From: an uncultured Gammaproteobacteria bacterium
GTDB lineage: Bacteria; Pseudomonadota; Gammaproteobacteria; UBA4575
Length of the DNA stretch: 63,609 nt
Assembly (NCBI GenBank): GCA_937922735.1
Contig: CALAJL010000023.1
Coordinates: forward strand, 1 to 63,609
Reading direction: 5' to 3'
Shown in pieces: positions 38,068 through 50,071 of this stretch. The position numbers were made by a program, and so were the translations under genes. The notes below the pieces were generated by a model, which worked only from the letters and a program-made list of their open reading frames with translations, was not told the origin of the DNA and did no database searches. Position 1 is the stretch's first letter. Each line of letters begins with the position of its first letter.

Positions 38068-40041
38068 TTAATAAAATAAATTCAACACAGTTACCGAAAC
38101 AATCAAGAACAAGATTGTCATAACACTTCCCGCACGCATAAAGTCAGGTACACGATAACCGCCAGGCCCCATAATCAATGCATTCACTTGATGAGTGGGT
38201 ATAAGAAATGAGTTGGAAGTTGCAATCGCTACTGTCAATGCAAATATAGCGGGGTTACCTCCCACGCCAATCGCAATATTTACCGCCAATGGCACTAACA
38301 AAACGGTTGCGCCGACATTAGACATTACCAAAGTAAAGAATGTTGCTAATACAGCCATTGCTGCTTGAACCACCCAAACAGGCATGTCGCCTACAATTAA
38401 CAATGTCTGCTCTGCTATCCATTTGGCAGTGCCTGTTTGCTCAACTGCGATACCAAGTGGAATTAAACTTGCTAATAAAAATACGGTTTTCCAAGACACC
38501 GCTTCATAAGCTTCGTCCATCCGTAGCACACCTGTAAGCACCATACCTATCGCGCCGGTCAACAATGCTATCGATAAACGAATATCAGTAAACAGCACTA
38601 AACCAAGCGCAATAATAAAGAAAATACCTGCCCACATAACTTTATTGGGTCGTAACTCTTCATGCGGATATTCACTGGTAATGACAACAAAGTTATTATC
38701 TTTTTCTAAGCGCATTAACGCTTGCCAAGTTGTATGAACGACTAAGGTATCACCAGAGTGAAAAGGGATATTACGTATATCTTCTACTTCTCGCATGGTG
38801 TGTCCATCACGATGCATCGTGATCATCGAGATACCATAGGTTTTACGCATCCAAATATCGCGTGCGCTTTGGCCAATTAATTTAGAGCTTGGCGGTATGA
38901 CAATTTCAGCAATGCCGGCATTATTGCTTGCTAGATCTTCTGCAAATGTGCGCAGTTGATTCCGTTTTTTTAGATTATATTTTTGAACGAAATGATCTAA
39001 ATTTTCTGGCTCTGCAGTAATCCCAAGAACCATGCCTGCACTAAGGCCAGTGTCTCGATCTAACGCACCTGGCCCAACTCTAGTTGCATGTCCCGATTGT
39101 TTAGTTGCAATTACACGCAACTGATAAGTATCTTCAAAATCATCTAAATGTTTACCGATAATCTCGCTACCATCTGGTACAACAACTTCATAAAGATCAT
39201 AGTCCACACCGTATACATCGTGAAAATAACTCATAGTGTCACCGCTTGAGGTAGAACTTTCTGTATTTGTAACAGGCAGAACATAACGCCCAAAGATCAC
39301 AAAATATAAAATCCCAGTAATAACGAGCGAGATACCAACCGGTGTTACAGAAAACAAACTCCAAGTTTGCATTTGCTGGTCTGCCGGTAATGCAGAATTA
39401 GAAGTATGAATTAGATCATTTAGTAAAATGAGAGGCGAAGAGCCAATCATCGTTACTGTACCACCCAAAATTGCACAAAAACCCATTGGCATTAATAAAC
39501 GTGACATTGGTAGTTTAGCGCGTGAAGAAATTCGAGACACCACAGGTAAAAACAACGCAGCAGCACCAACGTTTTGCATAAAAGAAGAAATAAATGCAAC
39601 TGTGCCAGAAATGATTGGAATGATCCGTCTCTCTGATGTACCGCCGATATTGAGAATAAAGTTAGCTACTTTGCTCATAACGCCTGTTTTATCTAATCCA
39701 GCACCTATAATCATTACCGCGATAATCGACATCACTGCATTACTGGAAAACCCATCAAACAATTGCTCAGTGTCTACCAAACCTTTTTCTAAACCCATAA
39801 TCGGTGCAAACAAACTGGTTAACCCCAACACCACCATAATGGTGATTGCTGTGATATCAACATCCACCACTTCAAATGCAAATAGATAAATGGTTAATAG
39901 TAATATCGCAGTTACCCAAGCAATTTCAATCGTCGGCTCTTCATAAATCAGGAAAGCTCCAATCATGATGAAGATAGCCAGTGAGGCCATACGCTTTTTA
40001 ATTACACTTCGTGTACTGGGTGGCAGAGAAAGTTTTCGCAT
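38068..40041 (-). CDS. SLC13/CitT-type permease with two internal TrkA-C (RCK-C) domains
   Basis: 657 aa. Transmembrane halves flank a soluble insert with two TrkA-C-like repeats (GHATRVGP...GMVLGI and HRDGHTM...GDTLVVH). A C-terminal SNSFLIPTHQVN motif is present. Confidence 0.85.
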   Translation of the reverse strand: MRKLSLPPSTRSVIKKRMASLAIFIMIGAFLIYEEPTIEIAWVTAILLLTIYLFAFEVVDVDITAITIMVVLGLTSLFAPIMGLEKGLVDTEQLFDGFSSNAVMSIIAVMIIGAGLDKTGVMSKVANFILNIGGTSERRIIPIISGTVAFISSFMQNVGAAALFLPVVSRISSRAKLPMSRLLMPMGFCAILGGTVTMIGSSPLILLNDLIHTSNSALPADQQMQTWSLFSVTPVGISLVITGILYFVIFGRYVLPVTNTESSTSSGDTMSYFHDVYGVDYDLYEVVVPDGSEIIGKHLDDFEDTYQLRVIATKQSGHATRVGPGALDRDTGLSAGMVLGITAEPENLDHFVQKYNLKKRNQLRTFAEDLASNNAGIAEIVIPPSSKLIGQSARDIWMRKTYGISMITMHRDGHTMREVEDIRNIPFHSGDTLVVHTTWQALMRLEKDNNFVVITSEYPHEELRPNKVMWAGIFFIIALGLVLFTDIRLSIALLTGAIGMVLTGVLRMDEAYEAVSWKTVFLLASLIPLGIAVEQTGTAKWIAEQTLLIVGDMPVWVVQAAMAVLATFFTLVMSNVGATVLLVPLAVNIAIGVGGNPAIFALTVAIATSNSFLIPTHQVNALIMGPGGYRVPDFMRAGSVMTILFLIVSVTVLNLFY

Positions 40042-40332
40042 CAGAGGTGCTTAGTCCTTAAGCTAATTAGATAAAAAATGCCATAGAGTGCTGCATTTTA
40101 AAAAAACGAGTATTATCCAGTCCAAACCAAATCAGAGCAAATGTATGCTGCAGGTCAATGTGGATAATTTTAGATGAGAGTAATGTAGTTATTTAGGATA
40201 GTCAGATAAAAACAATGAAACAAACTAATAGAATCTTGCTTTATTGTTTCCTGATACAGATACAAGATATATACATAATAATAAACGTTAAGCTATAAAG
40301 TACTGATAATGAATTTACTTATGTTACGTGAT

Positions 40333-40668
40333 TTAGTCGAAAACATAAGGACAACCACCGTAATTATTAATTGATTCACCCCATCGCCTCACATCATTAG
40401 CTCTTCGCCATCTATTATGAAAAAACTCCATCAAACAAGGGCCTTGTTCCAACTGAATAAGAAGAGTGTCCCCTTCTTTAACTTTTTCATACTCAGGGTA
40501 TTCTTTCGACATTCCCCAAGTTATACCGCCTTTTGACTTGGCGTAATCCATCCAGATTTTTTCAACATCTACTTTTGTCTGAGTAGGTTTTTCCTGGTCA
40601 TTTTCTGCAGCAAAGGAATTTAAGGAAGTACAGAAAACTATAATTAATAATATTAGATTTGATTTCAT
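40333..40668 (-). CDS. Hypothetical secreted protein
   Basis: Signal peptide MKSNLILLIIVFCTSLNSFAA on a 111-aa ORF. No family recognised. Confidence 0.55.
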   Translation of the reverse strand: MKSNLILLIIVFCTSLNSFAAENDQEKPTQTKVDVEKIWMDYAKSKGGITWGMSKEYPEYEKVKEGDTLLIQLEQGPCLMEFFHNRWRRANDVRRWGESINNYGGCPYVFD

Positions 40669-40813
40669 TTAACTTTTCTCTTGTATTATTTCTTTATAAA
40701 TATTTTGGACCCATATAAAGTACTATGTAGATCTAACTTCTTTTATTTCTAATCCGATATGCCGCTAAATTCGACCAACAACCTTAGTTATAGAAAATTA
40801 AAAATAAATGCAC

Positions 40814-42004
<1,191 letters not shown>

Positions 42005-42020
42005 TTATTCATCAGTAAAG

Positions 42021-44177
42021 CTATCCAATCTTAGGATAAAAAGTTTCTTTCTTCTTAGCCATTTTTATCAAACCTTTTGTAGGAATATAGATAGGACTAA
42101 TATGCGAATATTTTTCTGCCTGATCACAAAACTCCTGCATACCCATCTCTTCAATATAGCGCAGCGCACCACCTCTAAATGATGGAAATGCAATGCCTAG
42201 TATTAATCCCATATCTGCATCAAGCGGATGATCAACAATACCTTCTTCAACACAACGTACGGTTTCCATACACATTGGAATCATCATTCGATCCACTATA
42301 TCTTGATCTGTAATATCAATTGAATTCACGCGCACAGTATCAATTACCGTCATAGCATTTTCATCTGGAATTTTTTTCTGTTTACCGCGTTTGTCTAGTT
42401 CATATTTATAAAAACCAATATTATTCTTTTGTCCATAACGTTCATTTTCATACAACGCATCAGTTGCCGACTTGAATTCCTTACTCATTCGATCTGGATA
42501 TGCTTCCGCCATCACTTCTGAAGCATGATGTGCAGTATCAATGCCCACTACATCTAATAAGTAGGCTGGGCCCATTGGCCATCCAAACCTCTCCATCACT
42601 TTATCTATACGTTGAATATCAACACCATCTCGAACTAATGCATCAAATCCTGCAAAGTAAGGGAATAACACACGATTCACTAAAAAGCCTGCACAGTCAT
42701 TCACTACTATCGGCGTCTTCCCCATTGCTTCTGCGTACGCTACGGTTGTAGCAATGGCTACTTCACTTGATTTCTCTCCACGTATAACCTCAACCAAAGG
42801 CATTCTGTATACAGGATTGAAAAAATGCATGCCGCAAAAATTTTCTGGGCGTTGCAATGACTCTGCCAGTTCTGTGATGGAAATTGTTGAGGTGTTGGAT
42901 GATAGAATACAGTCAGCTTTCACTTGCTGTTCCACTTCCGCTAATACGGATGACTTAATCTTTTTATTCTCAATTACTGCTTCAACTACCAAGTCTGTAT
43001 TAGTAAAGTCACCGTAACTTAGCGTCGTATCAATTTTAGCTAGGGTGTCGGTCACATCTTCAGGATTAATTTTTCCTCGTTTTACTTGTTTCAATAACAA
43101 ACTACCAGCTTCACTCTTACCTAACTCAAGTGCTTCTTGCTTGATATCTTTCATGATAATAGGAATGTCTTTACATGCCGATTGATAGGCAATTCCACCA
43201 CCCATAATACCGGCACCAAGTACAGCAGCTTGCTTTACAGGTAGAGCTTGTTTGCTATATGTTCGGCTAACTTTCTTAATGCGCTGATCATTTAAGAACA
43301 AACCCACCAAGTTTCGCGCAACCTTGGTTTTTGCCATTCTGACAAACCCATGCGCTTCGACTTGCATTGCTTCATCACGCAACATAGTTGCATGATGTTG
43401 GACAGTTTCTATTGCAGCTAAAGGTGCAGGAAAATGTCGACCTGCTTTTGCGGCTACGACGGCTTTCGCAGATTCAAATGCCATGATACTTTCTAGTTGA
43501 TTAAGCTGGAGTGGTTGGCGTTTTTCTTGTTTACGCTTTTGATAATCAAACTTGCCCTCTAAACATTGCTGGACAATATGTATGGCTGCATCATTAAGTT
43601 GATCAACTTCAACTACAGCATCCACTGCATGACACTTTAATGCTTCTTTCGATTTTTTCTGATCACCCGTACATATCCAATCCAAGGCATTATCAGCACC
43701 TATTAGTCTTGGCAAACGCACACTCCCACCCCAGCCTGGGAAAATTCCTAGTTTTACTTCAGGTAGGCCTATACGTGCGGCATGCGCCATCACACGATAA
43801 TCAGTAGTTAATGCTAATTCGAAGCCACCTCCCAACGCGTAGCCGTTAATAGCCGTTACAGTAGGAAACGGTAGATCTTCAATGCGACTAAATAAAGCTT
43901 GAGTCGATTCTATCCAATGAATAAATTCTTTTTCAGGTAATTTAAAAAAACCTAGAAATTCTGTGACATCAGCACCAACAATAAATACATCTTTATTACT
44001 AGAAATAATTAATGCGCTTATCTTCTCATGATCTTCAATTGCGCTAATAGCTTCATCTAGCTGCTCCACTACCGCTTTACTAAGTTTATTTATACTCTCG
44101 CCATGTAGATCGAATACCAGATTGGCAATCGAATCCTGAACGAAGTCTACCTTGATAGCGTTACCTGAAAATATCAT
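42021..44177 (-). CDS. fadB: Fatty-acid oxidation complex alpha subunit FadB (enoyl-CoA hydratase / 3-hydroxyacyl-CoA dehydrogenase)
   Basis: 718 aa. N-terminal crotonase fold (FIVGADVTEF, NGYALGGGFELAL) followed by an NAD-binding region AVLGAGIMGGGIA. Confidence 0.95.
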   Translation of the reverse strand: MIFSGNAIKVDFVQDSIANLVFDLHGESINKLSKAVVEQLDEAISAIEDHEKISALIISSNKDVFIVGADVTEFLGFFKLPEKEFIHWIESTQALFSRIEDLPFPTVTAINGYALGGGFELALTTDYRVMAHAARIGLPEVKLGIFPGWGGSVRLPRLIGADNALDWICTGDQKKSKEALKCHAVDAVVEVDQLNDAAIHIVQQCLEGKFDYQKRKQEKRQPLQLNQLESIMAFESAKAVVAAKAGRHFPAPLAAIETVQHHATMLRDEAMQVEAHGFVRMAKTKVARNLVGLFLNDQRIKKVSRTYSKQALPVKQAAVLGAGIMGGGIAYQSACKDIPIIMKDIKQEALELGKSEAGSLLLKQVKRGKINPEDVTDTLAKIDTTLSYGDFTNTDLVVEAVIENKKIKSSVLAEVEQQVKADCILSSNTSTISITELAESLQRPENFCGMHFFNPVYRMPLVEVIRGEKSSEVAIATTVAYAEAMGKTPIVVNDCAGFLVNRVLFPYFAGFDALVRDGVDIQRIDKVMERFGWPMGPAYLLDVVGIDTAHHASEVMAEAYPDRMSKEFKSATDALYENERYGQKNNIGFYKYELDKRGKQKKIPDENAMTVIDTVRVNSIDITDQDIVDRMMIPMCMETVRCVEEGIVDHPLDADMGLILGIAFPSFRGGALRYIEEMGMQEFCDQAEKYSHISPIYIPTKGLIKMAKKKETFYPKIG

Positions 44178-44309
44178 GCTGTAATTATCATTTTATATAG
44201 ATCATTTGAATTGGTTTATGGATTACATTCTTAACTTAAATTTTATACCTACGAGTATTTTACTAAGATGTTGAGCAAAAGCCTAACCCTAATATTCAAT
44301 CAAGAGATC

Positions 44310-44665
44310 ATGTTAACCGAGATTACGTTAGAACAAGCTTATACAATGATTATAACGGCTCATGCTGAATGCAAAAACAGCACATTTACGCCTTTGCATA
44401 TGACAATATTCGATATTGAGTTACCATGTAAGAGTCTTTTCAGAAGCTGATGCGGCGAGTTATATGCTCCCAGCCATGACACAAATATAAACATCTGAAG
44501 AAATTGACCTTTCTTCACAAGAATTTAGTAAATATTGATGGAAAATATATAGAAAACCATATCTTCGTGAATGTGATTGATTAATATCATTGAGAAAATG
44601 TTGTTCTCAGTGGAAAGTTATTTCGCAAATTTGAGATGCAATTAGCTATATCAACAACCATGATA
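44310..44665 (+). pseudogene. Possible decayed GlcG/DUF336-like gene remnant
   Basis: LTEITLEQAYTMIITAHAECKNSTFTPLHMTIFDIELPCKSLFR aligns by eye to the GlcG N-terminus. After the stop at 44448-44450 the similarity seems to continue in another frame (EADAASYMLPAMTQI, TSEEI), interrupted by stops. Weak by-eye evidence only. Confidence 0.3.
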
Positions 44666-44861
44666 TAGGTGCTGATAGGCGTCTTATTTCCAGATGAGAC
44701 GAGAATTTCGTGGAAATCAGCAATCCTTGGCTGGGCAGCTGATTCAGAACATATCGCTAGCAAAGGATTTAGTCATTTACGACCAGATAGAAACTTACTT
44801 ATTTGAAATCCAAATGGCTTCCATCGCTTAGGGATTATTGTTACCTACTGACTTTGGCAAC

Positions 44862-45170
44862 TCAGTTAGGTAGCTGGACGTATTCAGTAATATCATCGAT
44901 ATCTACTTCTCGATTACGTCTATCCTCTTGTGAACGACGATCCTTAAGCACTTTAACACCATTACTGTCTTTTATAGGAAAATCAGTTGCCGCTTGGTGA
45001 CGACGCTCTATACCCGTTCGAGTGTCTTCAGTCGTCGGGATATGTTCAAATACTTCTGCTACTTCGTTAATCAGCGTATCAAAGTTATCATCCATGTCAC
45101 TTTGCCTTAACATTATCGATGGCAAATAATCGCATATATGCATATAAAAAATTGAGGAATAGCTCCACAA
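44862..45170 (-). CDS. Hypothetical small acidic/basic protein
   Basis: ORF-track coordinates are used. The likely real start is the Met at 45095 (MDDNFDTL..., 77 aa). It has repeated RR-containing motifs (ERRHQ, DRRSQEDRRNRE). No family recognised. Confidence 0.45.
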   Translation of the reverse strand: MWSYSSIFYMHICDYLPSIMLRQSDMDDNFDTLINEVAEVFEHIPTTEDTRTGIERRHQAATDFPIKDSNGVKVLKDRRSQEDRRNREVDIDDITEYVQLPN

Positions 45171-45412
45171 AATAATAGAAAAATTGCTTAAAATCGCTAC
45201 TTAAATGATATAATAATTGACAATTACAACTAATATATTATGGCCTGATAGTAGAGTATTCTAATCGTAAGTAGGATAACTAATAGGACTATTAAGAGAT
45301 TCGACTAGCTAGTATTTAGAATTCATACTGTAATTTGCTAATACAATAATAAAACATGCGCACACGCGCATATTCAATTCAACTATCGTTCATATAATCT
45401 TGGGAGATAATA

Positions 45413-46600
45413 ATGATCAAGCCGCATGGATCGGACACTTTAACGCCTTTATTTGTTGATGACGAAGCAACTCGCAAACAATTAGAACAAGAAGCCAATA
45501 ACTTACCTTCCATTATTGTGAGTTCTGCTGCAGCTGCAAATGCTGTGATGTTAGGCGCCGGCTATTTTACTCCTTTAAAGGGTTTTATGACTGCCGCCGA
45601 TGCAGTTTCAGTCGCCGACAATATGAAAACTAGCGATGGATTGTTTTGGCCAACTCCAGTACTCAATCTGATTCATGACTCAAGTGAAATTGGTGATGCA
45701 AAGAGAATTGCACTTCGAGATCCTAATGTTGAAGGCAATCCTGTACTCGCGATACAAGATATCGAATCTATTGAAGAATTAAGCGATGCTCAAATTACTA
45801 ACATTACCGAAAAAGTGTATGGCACCACCGATCCTGATCATATTGGCGCCGCTACTTTCATGTCACTTGGAAAAGTTGTCATTTCTGGGCCTATACAAGT
45901 TTTAAATTACAGTTACTTTAGTGAAGAATTCAAAGGCACTTTTAAAACTGCTGGTGAAATTCGAGATGAAATTGCTGAACGCGGTTGGAATACTGTGGTT
46001 GGCTTTCAAACTCGCAATCCGATGCACCGTGCTCATGAAGAACTCTGTAAAATGGCCCAAGAAGCTGTGAATGCAGATGGTGTGCTAATTCATATGTTAC
46101 TTGGCAAACTGAAAAAAGGTGATATCCCTGCACCAGTACGTGACGCGGCTATTCGCAAAATGGTTGAAGTCTACTTCCCTCCTAATAGCGTAATGGTTAC
46201 AGGTTATGGATTTGATATGCTATATGCAGGACCACGTGAAGGAGTATTACACGCAGTGTTTAGACAAAACTGTGGCTGCACACACTTTATTATTGGCCGT
46301 GATCATGCTGGTGTGGGTGATTACTATGGCGCATTCGATGCACAAACCATTTTTGATGACGAAGTACCGGCAGATGCTCTAGATATAGAGATTTTCCGCG
46401 CAGATCATACTGCTTACTCTAAGAAGTTAAATAAAGTAGTCATGATGCGTGATGCACCTGATCATTCTAAAGAAGACTTTGTATTGCTTTCTGGCACCAA
46501 AGTTAGAGAGATGTTAGCCGCAGGTGAAGATTTGCCTAAAGAATTTGCTCGGCCAGAAGTTGCAAAAATATTAATGGAGTACTACCAAAGTATTGGTTAA
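45413..46600 (+). CDS. sat: Sulfate adenylyltransferase (homo-oligomeric ATP sulfurylase)
   Basis: 395 aa with QTRNPMHRAHE and GRDHAGVG signature motifs. A GGGAGA Shine-Dalgarno lies upstream. Confidence 0.95.
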   Translation: MIKPHGSDTLTPLFVDDEATRKQLEQEANNLPSIIVSSAAAANAVMLGAGYFTPLKGFMTAADAVSVADNMKTSDGLFWPTPVLNLIHDSSEIGDAKRIALRDPNVEGNPVLAIQDIESIEELSDAQITNITEKVYGTTDPDHIGAATFMSLGKVVISGPIQVLNYSYFSEEFKGTFKTAGEIRDEIAERGWNTVVGFQTRNPMHRAHEELCKMAQEAVNADGVLIHMLLGKLKKGDIPAPVRDAAIRKMVEVYFPPNSVMVTGYGFDMLYAGPREGVLHAVFRQNCGCTHFIIGRDHAGVGDYYGAFDAQTIFDDEVPADALDIEIFRADHTAYSKKLNKVVMMRDAPDHSKEDFVLLSGTKVREMLAAGEDLPKEFARPEVAKILMEYYQSIG

Positions 46601-46613
46601 TGCATCACTACAT

Positions 46614-46649
46614 ATTTAATACGCATGGCTTTAGTTATGCGTATTAAAT
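46614..46649. terminator. Bidirectional hairpin between convergent sat and anti-sigma genes
   Basis: Perfect 13-bp stem ATTTAATACGCAT / ATGCGTATTAAAT with a 10-nt loop. The flanks are AT-rich but there is no clean U-tract. Confidence 0.6.
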
Positions 46650-46679
46650 GCATTAATTTATTCTTAGTTTAGAGCCATA

Positions 46680-47561
46680 TTAAATATCAACAATTTCTAT
46701 GGAATTGAGAACATGCTCTTGCATATCATCTGATAGTTTTTGATCACTCGAAAGAATCATAAAGCTACCCTTCTCTGCACCAACTAATACTCCATCAAAA
46801 ATATCATTCTTAAAATTACGCTTAGTTGCGTTTTCATCAGGCAAATACGCTACCGTCAAAGAAAGCCCATTAAAATCTAAAACAAAGTGGGGTACAATTT
46901 TTCCATCTACGGGACAATTGCCCGCATACCTAATCATTCCAATATTACTATTCGCTTTTATACCATGAGACTCATACATTTTATTGAATGAAGCCAGCTG
47001 AATATTATCATTTCGATCCAATGCATATAGATCTTGGTTTACATGAGCAAATACTTGTTGTTCGATACCATGTGACTCGCCAAGTTGATAAGTGCCTATA
47101 GATAAGCCAATGGCCAAGACTAATCCAGCAGCAATTGATAACCACTTATAACTATTATTAGAACTTGCATTTGAGCTTGTTGATGTAGCATTAGTACGTG
47201 GTTGCAGTACATGCACGTTACTTGCATCAGCTGCATGAATACGTTGAGTTGTTAGTATGCGAGATTCCAAACCTTCAGGAATACCAACTTCTACAGCACT
47301 AGTTAGTTTCTCATCAAAACGAATATTAGCAATAATATTCGACTCTAGATTTTCAGGCACTTCAATATGTAATGCGCTGTTTAAATTGTCATAAAATGCT
47401 TTCATAGATTTATAGTAGCTCTTACAGTTATCGCAATCTAAAATATGCTGCAAGGTAGTAGCACTAGTGCTTGTAAAGTCACTTGTTAACTCCTTTCTGA
47501 CTTGCACACATAAAGTATCCAATTCTATATCCTTATCAGGCATTTCGCAGTCAACTTTCAA
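46680..47561 (-). CDS. Anti-sigma factor (zinc-finger type, DUF3379-like), single-pass membrane
   Basis: N-terminal HILDCDNC (HxxxCxxC) motif and a mid-protein TM helix WLSIAAGLVLAIGLSIG. It overlaps the upstream ECF sigma gene by 11 nt. Confidence 0.7.
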   Translation of the reverse strand: MKVDCEMPDKDIELDTLCVQVRKELTSDFTSTSATTLQHILDCDNCKSYYKSMKAFYDNLNSALHIEVPENLESNIIANIRFDEKLTSAVEVGIPEGLESRILTTQRIHAADASNVHVLQPRTNATSTSSNASSNNSYKWLSIAAGLVLAIGLSIGTYQLGESHGIEQQVFAHVNQDLYALDRNDNIQLASFNKMYESHGIKANSNIGMIRYAGNCPVDGKIVPHFVLDFNGLSLTVAYLPDENATKRNFKNDIFDGVLVGAEKGSFMILSSDQKLSDDMQEHVLNSIEIVDI

Positions 47562-48075
47562 CAGGCGTTACTTCTACGCCATCATCTTCAAGAATTTCAC
47601 GTAATTTTTTACGCGCACGAAATACTCTTGTCATGACTGCACCTGGTTTAATATCCATAATTTCACCAATCTCATCACAACTATATCCACCCAAAACTTG
47701 CAGCAATAATGGTTCTAGGTATTCACCTGGTAATTCTTTCAAACACTCACGCAAAGCTATCACTTCGGTTTTAGCAAAATCATCTTCAAGCTGAGCAAAC
47801 TTATCAACATTCACATCGTCAATTGGCGTTGTATCAGGCCTAATTTTTTCAAACCGTCTTGCATTCTCACGGCGATATATCGTAAAAAGCCAGCTTTTTA
47901 CGGCATTGGGGTCTTTCAACGAGTCCAATGCCTTCCAGGCACGTAGAAATGTTTCTTGTACCAAATCTTCCGCAATATGCGGGTCTTTAGTTAGCCAAAT
48001 TCCATAACGATAAAGGTCCTTAGAGTAGGCATTTACGATCGTTTCAAACTGCAATGTTTTATCTTTGTCACTCAT
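47551..48075 (-). CDS. ECF-type RNA polymerase sigma-70 factor
   Basis: 174 aa with region 2 (AEDLVQETFLRAWKAL) and region 4 (SCDEIGEIMDIKPGAVMTRVFRARKKL). Confidence 0.9.
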   Translation of the reverse strand: MSDKDKTLQFETIVNAYSKDLYRYGIWLTKDPHIAEDLVQETFLRAWKALDSLKDPNAVKSWLFTIYRRENARRFEKIRPDTTPIDDVNVDKFAQLEDDFAKTEVIALRECLKELPGEYLEPLLLQVLGGYSCDEIGEIMDIKPGAVMTRVFRARKKLREILEDDGVEVTPVES

Positions 48076-48198
48076 ATGACCAATATTTTTATTAATTAAT
48101 TACAAATAATTTTAGGTTAGTTACTGTTAACAGCTATTAGTAACTTTATATCTAACAAACTACCATAAATTCTAAGTTATTCGCACAATATTCTTATA

Positions 48199-49026
48199 TT
48201 ATGGCGTCTCACCCAGGAGTAAACCTGGATCTATTCTTTGATCATGCCAGTTCATACGCCAATCAAGGTGTGCACCAGTCACCCTTCCTGTAGCACCTAC
48301 ATGTGCGATTTCTTGTCCTTGAACAACTCTGTCACCTACTTGAACCAAAATTTTATCAAGATGCAAGAAAGATGAAGACAAATTATGCCCATGATCAACA
48401 ACCAGTGTCTTACCCGAAAAATACATATCTTCAGCGTAGGACACTACACCTGCTGCAGGTGCCGCTACAGGTGTGCCAATGGGAGCTGCGATATCAATTC
48501 CATAATGTGGTTGTCTAGGCTCACCATTTAATACTCGTTGGCTTCCAAATACACCAGTAATGCGCCCTTTTGCTGGCCAGATGAATCCTTTAGTAAAGTC
48601 CATACGATCTCGGTCTAATGTCCGGGCTACTGAAATATCTTTTGCCTCTTGATTGGTTCGCACCAAAATTTTTTTATCAGGATTGACTTGCAACTTTGGC
48701 AAACCATTAATACGCTGAACCTTATACTCGCGTGGCTTAATTTGATATTCATGCATTGCATGACCGCCATCAGGTTTTATGAGTAATAAAGTGGCAGTGG
48801 CTGGATAATTTCTACCAAAACCTATAATAAAATCACCCTTTTCAGACACTCGTACTTCACGATCATTGATGGAAATACTTGTACCAGGGGCAACTTTCCC
48901 AAATACCAGTCCACCTTGAATAAAGCTACCTGTCAAAATAGGCGCATTATTTTGATTTTGGGCTAATACGCTTGAAGCAACAATACAATTGAAAATGATC
49001 AGGGTTGATCGGAAAAGTAAATGCAT
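48199..49026 (-). CDS. M23 family metallopeptidase
   Basis: Signal peptide, with HYGIDIAAPIGTPV and GRVTGAHLDW (HxxxD / HxH-type) motifs. Confidence 0.9.
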   Translation of the reverse strand: MHLLFRSTLIIFNCIVASSVLAQNQNNAPILTGSFIQGGLVFGKVAPGTSISINDREVRVSEKGDFIIGFGRNYPATATLLLIKPDGGHAMHEYQIKPREYKVQRINGLPKLQVNPDKKILVRTNQEAKDISVARTLDRDRMDFTKGFIWPAKGRITGVFGSQRVLNGEPRQPHYGIDIAAPIGTPVAAPAAGVVSYAEDMYFSGKTLVVDHGHNLSSSFLHLDKILVQVGDRVVQGQEIAHVGATGRVTGAHLDWRMNWHDQRIDPGLLLGETP

Positions 49027-49225
49027 GAAATAAAAGTCAAATAAGCATGAAACACGAATCTTGCCATAAAGAATAGTAAAGTTAAAAATATAATTAAATA
49101 TTTATATATTTTTCACTACTTAATACAGCATCAAGTTGGTGAGATCTTATTTACTTAATCTATGTTTTTTTTGAATAGAACAAGATTTTAAATTATTAGC
49201 ATTCAAATCATTATTTTTTATATAT

Positions 49226-49480
49226 TTAGTGATTATTCATTTTGGCAATCTTATCGGCAATTCGGTTACGCAAAATACCAGTATCTACTCTAGGATCTTT
49301 TACCAGTTTAGGTTTCTCTGCATCAAGATCTTCTTTCATCCATAGGTGGTCTACTTCAGCTGTAACATCTCCAGCCTGGTTAGCTTGGATAGCCTGAGGA
49401 GCAGATTCTACATTTTCTGACACAACCGCATTAGATTCTCTAATGCCCTTAATCTTATTTAAAATAGACTTTTTATTCAT
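49226..49480 (-). CDS. Hypothetical protein (84 aa, charged)
   Basis: Isolated ORF flanked by long AT-rich spacers. No family recognised. Confidence 0.4.
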   Translation of the reverse strand: MNKKSILNKIKGIRESNAVVSENVESAPQAIQANQAGDVTAEVDHLWMKEDLDAEKPKLVKDPRVDTGILRNRIADKIAKMNNH

Positions 49481-50071
49481 CTCAACTCTCCTGATATTGA
49501 ACTGTTTATTTTGCGATAAATTAATTCCAATTAATGGATCTTATTCACATATTCAACGGCCAATCCTTATCTTCATCGAGCGGATATGAAATCTAAATAA
49601 CCAGTGGCAATAAAAACAGGATGAATGGCAAATTATTATTTATTGCATTAGTCAATAAGACACATTATTAGACAAACTAAAGAGTACTCTAAAGACCATG
49701 ATTAAACTTCAGAAATTACAAAAGAAGGAATATTACAAATATAATTAGAGACTTAGTCAAAGCAGAAATTTAATGCTAAGGCAAAATCATCATCAAAATT
49801 AACGCATGCAAAACTGATTACATATTGGGAATTTGAACAGTTTTATCTACTTATACTTAAGTAATAACAGGAAATTTGATGTAATTGATATCATTTTATC
49901 CATCATTGGAATTTCAGACACATACCCAGCATTTGTTCGTTTAGGATTTTCAAGCTGGAATTAACAACACTTAGTCATGTAAGGTGCTCTAAACACTAAA
50001 ATATACTTGAAAATAAAGCATCTGCTCACATATCAATGTCTTTATAATTATTTATTTATATACATAAGCAC

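Noticed and set aside
39428-39889. Long ORFs antisense to large genes: 39428-39889, 26141-26518, 36208-36549, 56444-56800, 41847-42182, 1564-1878, 14135-14419 and similar ORF-track entries.
   Set aside because: Each lies wholly inside a well-supported gene on the opposite strand. They have low-complexity or odd composition and no visible RBS. They are typical shadow ORFs, with no evidence of overlapping genes.
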